From an uncultured Candidatus Binatia bacterium (lineage in GTDB: Bacteria > Desulfobacterota > Binatia > UBA9968 > CAXXLF01): 64,000 bases of DNA. The position numbers were made by a program, and so were the translations under genes. Within the stretch, counting starts at the first letter, position 1. Each line of letters starts with the position of its first letter. The DNA is taken from contig OZ244621.1 of assembly GCA_965218425.1 (NCBI GenBank), positions 256,001-320,000 on the forward strand, written 5' to 3'. A model generated the notes under the pieces. It was given only the letters and a program-made list of their open reading frames with translations. It was not told the origin of the DNA and did not search any database. Positions 58,408 to 64,000 of this stretch are shown here, piece after piece.

Positions 58408-59481
58408 TCAAGGGGAATAGCTTTTCTCCCCTCGCATGGTCATGAAAAGATCCGAAGAGACCTGTGTGCCGATGCCTCTGACCCTGGCCATTTCGTAAAT
58501 CTTCCTCGCAGCGGCGGCAAACTGGATTCCCACGCCGGTATTGTTCTTGAACAAGGTAATCTCCCGGTTGTCCTGGCGGCCACGGCATTGTTTTGTGAGA
58601 AGCTCGCCCAGTTCGTGAAGGTCTTCTTCACGTACCAGCCCACTTTCCAGCCGATGGGCAAACTCCGCCTGTCCATCGAGAAAAATCTGTTTTTTGCTAC
58701 CTACAATGATTAGCCCCGCACGGCGGATCACATCGTCGTCCAGCTCTCGACGGGGCAGGTAGCTGTCACCACCGACGATACTGGTGAGATGGCATCCCTC
58801 CTCGATCCATTGCCCTTTGACAACGGGCTCCACCGTGTTGGTGGCGGCTGTGGCCACGTCGCAGCCCCGAATAGCCTCTTCGGCGTTCGTCACCGGCACC
58901 ACTTCCACTCCGGCCCTTTCCGTCATTTCCTCCGCGAAGCGCTCCCGGTGAGCACGAGTTGGACTGAAGACCTTGACCTTGTCAATGGGCCTTACCGCAC
59001 AGGCGGCCAGCAGCTGGGTCCTCGCCTGTTCTCCGGATCCCAATAGACCCATGGTCTTTACATTCGCCCGGGCCAGGTGCCTCATGGCCACCCCGCTGGT
59101 GGCCCCAACGCGTAGCACGGAAGGTACATGATCATCCATGACGGCTAGTAGTTCACAACTCTCCATGTCAAAAAGAAAAACCGAACCAACGTAGTTTCCC
59201 GGATATACGATTCGCTCCGATCCCGCCACCTGTTCTCTCTGGGAGAAGCTCGAGTCGATCCTGAGGGCCATGGACTTGATGCCGGGAACCAAACCCATGA
59301 TGTTATTAAAATAGTATTGAACCCCTTGCGCCTTGCCTGGCGCTTGCACGCGAAGCCGTGCCCTGGGGGAATTCACCGCCTTTCCCTCGCCCAGCTCGTG
59401 AAAGGCCTGTTCCACTGCATCAATCAAATCGGGCATTGGAACAAGGTTCTCCATCTCCTTGTTCTTAAGGAAAAGAACCAT
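58408..59481 (-). CDS. Ornithine cyclodeaminase/mu-crystallin family protein
   Basis: LRVGATSG, GSGEQARTQ, AATNT, RELD, FKNNTGVGIQ. Confidence 0.9.
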   Translation of the reverse strand: MVLFLKNKEMENLVPMPDLIDAVEQAFHELGEGKAVNSPRARLRVQAPGKAQGVQYYFNNIMGLVPGIKSMALRIDSSFSQREQVAGSERIVYPGNYVGSVFLFDMESCELLAVMDDHVPSVLRVGATSGVAMRHLARANVKTMGLLGSGEQARTQLLAACAVRPIDKVKVFSPTRAHRERFAEEMTERAGVEVVPVTNAEEAIRGCDVATAATNTVEPVVKGQWIEEGCHLTSIVGGDSYLPRRELDDDVIRRAGLIIVGSKKQIFLDGQAEFAHRLESGLVREEDLHELGELLTKQCRGRQDNREITLFKNNTGVGIQFAAAARKIYEMARVRGIGTQVSSDLFMTMRGEKSYSP

Positions 59482-59539
59482 TGCATCGCCTCCTTCCACT
59501 GGGCAAGAATTTTCCGCGCAAAAAATTATTTTAAGAATC

Positions 59540-59819
59540 TAACCGCAGATTTTCGCCGATTATCACAGACAAAAAACGGCAAAGAGCATAGCGTCCTGGT
59601 CTCTCTTTCGGCCATTTTTCGACCTTCAATCGTCTGTTCTCGAGGCTCATCCGACCCTACTCAGTCCTCAGCACTTGTTAATCAGTACTGAGTCAGATTT
59701 GTGTCTTTTCGCGAGCTATTTTTTTCGGAAATCTAGGGCTAACTGCTCTTGACGCTTTGCGCTTTGCGCTTTGCGCCATGCGCTTTGCTGCCTTTCAGTC
59801 TGCGTAAAGCTGCGGTTAA
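59540..59819. repeat. Intergenic mosaic bounded by inverted TAACCGCAG/CTGCGGTTA; contains composite X copy 3 and composite Y copy 2
   Basis: Direct comparison with 18246, 20736 and 38821. Confidence 0.82.
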
Positions 59820-59834
59820 TCGCTTTTGACGCTT

Positions 59835-62240
59835 TTAGTCTGCCGGACTCACGCGGCAAAGGTACGAACGGTGCGGGAGGGAACCGCTAATCGGATCGGT
59901 CAGATCCGAGCCGATGAGAGTGCCAGGATTAGCGCCATCTGAGGTGTATGGGTTATAGCCGGGCAAGTCAAGTTCACTGCAGGCCTGCCACCACCCGTGT
60001 TGGCAACAAACAACTCCAGGAAGTATTCTATCCGTAACATAGGCGCGGAGCTTGATGGCGCCCTTGGGGGATTCCACCACCATCCACTCCTTATGCTTGA
60101 TCCCATATCGTGAAGCGGTGTCCGGATGTAACTCAGCCATGGGTTCTGGAGATGATTTGCGAAGACGCGATATTGCGCGCTGCTGGCTATGAACAAAGGT
60201 AGGAAACTTCGCATTCGTTAGGATCAAAGGAAAGTCTGCCGCAACTTCTGGCCGGCTAACCGGACTCATGGCAGGCTCTTTATAGTCCGGAAAAGGCGGT
60301 AAACCGTGCTTGGCAAAAGTATGGGAGTAAAGTTCCACCTTGCGTGAAGGCGTGGCAAAGCCGCGAGGCTTGCCGGTCCGGTCCCCTTCGGCATACTTAC
60401 GGTATCGCACGGGCTGAGAAACCGTGATTCCTCCCGGCGAGGATTTCAACTGTTCCAGCTGAATGCCCGTAGATACCAGCTCATAGGCGTATCCTGCCTC
60501 AATGTCTCCATGCCAAAAACGCTCACCATATCCGAGACGTTTCGCCAATTCAAAGATAATCCAGGTATCCGAGCGGCGCTCCGCAAGCGGTGGTACCACG
60601 GCAGGCCGGTATTGTAAGTGAGTTGTCCCCCCCGGGCGATGGCGGAAACCGGTGGTAACATTGGTCATCTCGAGAAAGCTCGTAGCGGGAAGCACATAGT
60701 CGCACAGCTCTGCCGTAGGTGTCATGAAGAGATCGACCGCAACACTAAATTCGACATTGCTATAGGCCTCCCGCGCCTTGCGGGAATCGCCGCTCGACAT
60801 CACGGGGTTGGTACCAAAATTAAGCAGCGCCTTCACCGGGTAAGGATGGTCTTCCAAAACCGCAGTAAAGACGTCGTAGGGGGCGCAGTTGCCCGGCTTG
60901 GCAGGCGGCCCAAGGGGTTTTTCCGACAGCCCGATTCTCTGCGCGGCCATTTCCTTGGATAAAAATTCATTTCCCTCCACCGCATTGGCCCGGGCACTGG
61001 GAAAAAGAACGTTCCCGCCCGGTTGATCAAAACTGCCTAATAGAGCATACAGCGTCGCAACTGCTCTGCTGGTCTGTGTGGCATTGGTGTGCTGGCCGAG
61101 GCCATTCCACATGTACATGCTTACGGGAGTGCTATTGGCAAGGAGTTGGGCCGCCTGCCAGGTTTTTTTTGCGGGGACATGGGTAATCGTCTCCGTAGAT
61201 TCCGGAGTGTAGTGAGACGACGCCTCGGCAAGGAACTCAAAGGCCGATTTGCAAGGAATCCCCTTCCCGTCTTTTCCACCGAGCGTTCTGTCGCCGAAGA
61301 GCCCTGGTCGAACCGTGTCTCTCTCGTAACACCCTTCGGAAGGATCATAGATCGCTGGACTCTGGCTCCTCTCATCCCAAATGACGTACCGCCCCGGGTT
61401 TCCCCCTTTCACGAGATCAGCCTCGGTCACAGGCCTCAGGGTTTTCACGCTGAGGAGAAAAGGTCCATTGGTCCAGTGTCTGAGAAAATCCGCGTCGAAC
61501 CAGCTCTCCTCTATCAACGCGTTTATGAGGGCCAAGGCAAGGGCACCATCCGTTCCTGGCCGAACCTGAAGGAGAACGTCCGCCTGCCCGGAAATACCCA
61601 CCCGCCGTGGATCCACGGCCACCACCTTCATGCCTCGTGATCTTGCCACTACAATGTCATGGGCCAGGACAATGGATGTGGCGCTTGGGTTATGCCCCCA
61701 GAGCAGAAAAGCGTTGCTGTGGGAAAGATCGGGTATGGGGAGATTCGACCCAAAGGTAAAGCCGAAGGCGGTGTCCTTGTGCCAATTGCACACGTGGGTC
61801 GTGGATACCCAGTTGGGGCTACCGAAACAATAGAGCAATCGCCCCAGCCATCGCTCCGCATCGTCCACCGAGGTCCCGCTGCGGGTTCCTTTGGCGAGGG
61901 CCATGGCACGGGCGCCGTGGCGCTCACGTATGGATAGTAACTTCCGGGCAATTGCGTCCAGTGCGTCATCCCAACTCACCCTGACCCACCCGGGGTCGGG
62001 ATCCCCCTTGGGCCGCGTCCGCTTCAAGGGGTAGTCGAGCCGCTCCGGGTGATAGACCAGGTCAGGAGCGGCCCTGCCTTTGATACAAATGACACCGCCG
62101 TTGGGATGATCGTGATCCGGTTCGAGCCGGGTTACCCGACCGTCTTCAACCGTCGCTATGGTGGCGCAGTGCGCTGTGCAAAGGGCGCAGTAACCGCGGA
62201 CCGTGGACCTTTCATTTGGGGCTGGAGCTTCACTGGACAT
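59835..62240 (-). CDS. DMSO-reductase-superfamily molybdopterin oxidoreductase, cytoplasmic
   Basis: CALCTAHC...CIKG, ERLDYPLKR, LWGHNP, RPGTDGALAL, FMTPTAE..DYVLPA, HSQ. Confidence 0.93.
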   Translation of the reverse strand: MSSEAPAPNERSTVRGYCALCTAHCATIATVEDGRVTRLEPDHDHPNGGVICIKGRAAPDLVYHPERLDYPLKRTRPKGDPDPGWVRVSWDDALDAIARKLLSIRERHGARAMALAKGTRSGTSVDDAERWLGRLLYCFGSPNWVSTTHVCNWHKDTAFGFTFGSNLPIPDLSHSNAFLLWGHNPSATSIVLAHDIVVARSRGMKVVAVDPRRVGISGQADVLLQVRPGTDGALALALINALIEESWFDADFLRHWTNGPFLLSVKTLRPVTEADLVKGGNPGRYVIWDERSQSPAIYDPSEGCYERDTVRPGLFGDRTLGGKDGKGIPCKSAFEFLAEASSHYTPESTETITHVPAKKTWQAAQLLANSTPVSMYMWNGLGQHTNATQTSRAVATLYALLGSFDQPGGNVLFPSARANAVEGNEFLSKEMAAQRIGLSEKPLGPPAKPGNCAPYDVFTAVLEDHPYPVKALLNFGTNPVMSSGDSRKAREAYSNVEFSVAVDLFMTPTAELCDYVLPATSFLEMTNVTTGFRHRPGGTTHLQYRPAVVPPLAERRSDTWIIFELAKRLGYGERFWHGDIEAGYAYELVSTGIQLEQLKSSPGGITVSQPVRYRKYAEGDRTGKPRGFATPSRKVELYSHTFAKHGLPPFPDYKEPAMSPVSRPEVAADFPLILTNAKFPTFVHSQQRAISRLRKSSPEPMAELHPDTASRYGIKHKEWMVVESPKGAIKLRAYVTDRILPGVVCCQHGWWQACSELDLPGYNPYTSDGANPGTLIGSDLTDPISGSLPHRSYLCRVSPAD

Positions 62241-62569
62241 TGGAGGGATTAAGAATACTGGAAATTCGCTTTCTGGTAAACCCCGTGTAGGGTGTAAGTT
62301 TACATCTCAATTGTCCGCTTTTTTCCACATCCCAGCTGTCCTAGGTTGCAGCTTTCAGCCAATGACCTCGCTACCACGGTCGATCCTCCTTCAGCATCGT
62401 CCACACCCGCCACCCAACACCTCCTATAACAAATTTAAGGACAATTAAGATATGAGATCACACCACCACAAAAGATGCAATCGCACATCTCCACTAGGGC
62501 TGGTTGACTGTCTTCCTGTGTTTCCATATTACGAGACGCCTAGGGTATGTTGTGTAAAAGGAGAACCTT

Positions 62570-62960
62570 GTGGGGAAGATCATACGAGAGTTTGCGACCC
62601 ACTGGGATAGAGATGCCCCGATCTGGTTTGAGCGAGATGAGGACGAGCTGATCGGTACCCAGCGAAGCGGCGGCCGCCCCATACCTCGAATCCGTATCTT
62701 TGACTTGTTCTCTGGCGCCACAAATCGCGCGGGCTACAAGCCGATGGTCCTTTGGGCCGGTGAGGACGGCATTTATTGAAGCCCACAACATAAACGGGCC
62801 GGAGCCTCACTTCCATCGTCCAGCCGACTTTGATGTTCTCGTGCTTCAGTTCTCTGGCAGTGCTGCGGCCGAAACCGAGTTCGGGGAGTTTCATATAGCT
62901 CCCGGCCAAACGATGCACATTCCAGTTAAAGTCGTTCTCCGGGTAACGGACATAGTATAC
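62570..62960 (+). pseudogene. Frameshifted cupin (homogentisate-dioxygenase-like) gene
   Basis: AGGAG plus GTG start; frame shift near 62770 into PHFHRPADFDVLVLQFSG...TEFG...PGQTMHIP. Confidence 0.6.
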
Positions 62961-63365
62961 CTCCATCGAATATCTCCGATTCCCTTTGCTTATTCGTCGA
63001 GCATCGGAACACTGCCACGCTACGTAGCGCGTCGCTACCCGACTTTTATTTGTGGCACCTATATTCCCCAGCCAAAGGGATGTTATGCATGCACCTTCTC
63101 CCTGGTTCGCCCGCTCCTATCTTGCTCCTCTTTAACATTGACAGTCACAAGAAAGTTATAGTAGCTTGCCGCAATGCAAATGGAAGCCATGATCGATCTG
63201 ATCTGCGGTAGTGGCTCAATCATAGACGGCCGCTACCATCCGGGGTGGGCGCGCCTTGGAGCGCAGGGATGGGTAGTTGACGGAGGCCAATGATACTGAG
63301 GTGAACTTTCCCGTTTGACGTTCGACGAGGAATCAATAAGGCATTAAAACTAAGAGGATAGTAGC

Positions 63366-63563
63366 ATGGCAACCAAACCAGGAACGAAATCAACGGAAGC
63401 GAAGGTTTACGCCCAGGAGCGTATCGGCGAGTTTATGACCACCTGGAAGTGGCGGGTCCCCATCGACCCCACAAGGCATGTTTTCAACAGCAGTTTCGAG
63501 GTTTCAACCACGGTCCACAAGGAGGCCGAGTGGAGAAAACAAGCTGTAGCCATAGGCGGGTGA
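63366..63563 (+). CDS. Small hypothetical protein or gene remnant
   Basis: GAGGA RBS plus ATG; no recognisable motif. Confidence 0.35.
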   Translation: MATKPGTKSTEAKVYAQERIGEFMTTWKWRVPIDPTRHVFNSSFEVSTTVHKEAEWRKQAVAIGG

Positions 63564-63647
63564 GGTTGACAAGAAAGGCCCCGATACGCCAGTTAACACA
63601 AACCCGTCCGTGGTCATTTCCAAGGGTTACCCTTTTTAGAAGTTGAC

Positions 63648-64000
63648 GTGGACCAAGTGACTTTTGCGCGCTATAGCGGGGAGACCGCGCGAATTATTTT
63701 TCCACCGCTTTTCATCGGACTCGCACGGGGCTACTTTAAGGATCTCGACATTTCCGTTGCAATTGTAGAGCCCGAGGAGCAACCGTGGGTCGCCGTGGCC
63801 GAAGGCCGCGCGGACTGTGGTCCGGGATATATTGATTACTGTGCGCGGCCTGAGTTCTACGGACATATGAAGGCAGTCGCGGTTCATGAGCAGTTCCGCC
63901 CCGGACATGGCATCACCACCCTACTAGCGCGAACCGCGCTTGTTGAAAACGGCGGATTAACCGACTACCAAAGCCTCCGTGGCAAAACCATAGGGCTTGC
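63648..64000 (+). CDS. NMT1/SsuA-like substrate-binding protein (partial, runs off the window)
   Basis: Manual translation: PLFIGLARGYFKDLDISV...AVAEGRAD...SLRGKTIG; absent from the ORF track. Confidence 0.75.
   Translation, partial: MDQVTFARYSGETARIIFPPLFIGLARGYFKDLDISVAIVEPEEQPWVAVAEGRADCGPGYIDYCARPEFYGHMKAVAVHEQFRPGHGITTLLARTALVENGGLTDYQSLRGKTIGL

Noticed and set aside
59835..62240. Selenocysteine-containing formate dehydrogenase
   Set aside because: No in-frame TGA, and the putative ligand region HVCNWH is not FDH-like.

Overview
A GC-rich bacterial chromosome segment. Its gene content (several amidohydrolase_2, LLM, XDH/CoxL-like, UbiD, orphan solute-binding and VOC genes) suggests a Candidatus Binatia/Deltaproteobacteria-like genome; that assignment is an inference. 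The window is mostly accessory catabolic and redox genes, with a few housekeeping genes (Prx6, AsmA, Maf, Dus, cyclophilin). I saw no rRNA, tRNA, CRISPR array, intact transposase or transcription-factor gene. Main observations: (1) a four-gene minus-strand operon (34.7-31.5 kb) encodes a GlcG/HbpS-type protein, a Tat-less reductive-dehalogenase-like enzyme, a separately encoded Fe-S-less copy of its core domain, and a ferredoxin-GlcG fusion that appears to start at CTG. This is a candidate undescribed cobalamin-dependent reduction or dehalogenation system. (2) Many longer intergenic spaces are mosaics of reusable 6-9-nt-periodic modules, some in conserved order and nested inverted arrangement. 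(3) A ~200-bp palindromic element at 52.5 kb sits next to an orphan structured non-coding segment reminiscent of an IS110 end. (4) There is a UbiD/LigB/Rieske/decarboxylase aromatic cluster. (5) Many genes are frameshifted, deleted or nonsense-interrupted. All calls come from motif reading by eye; no database searches were run.
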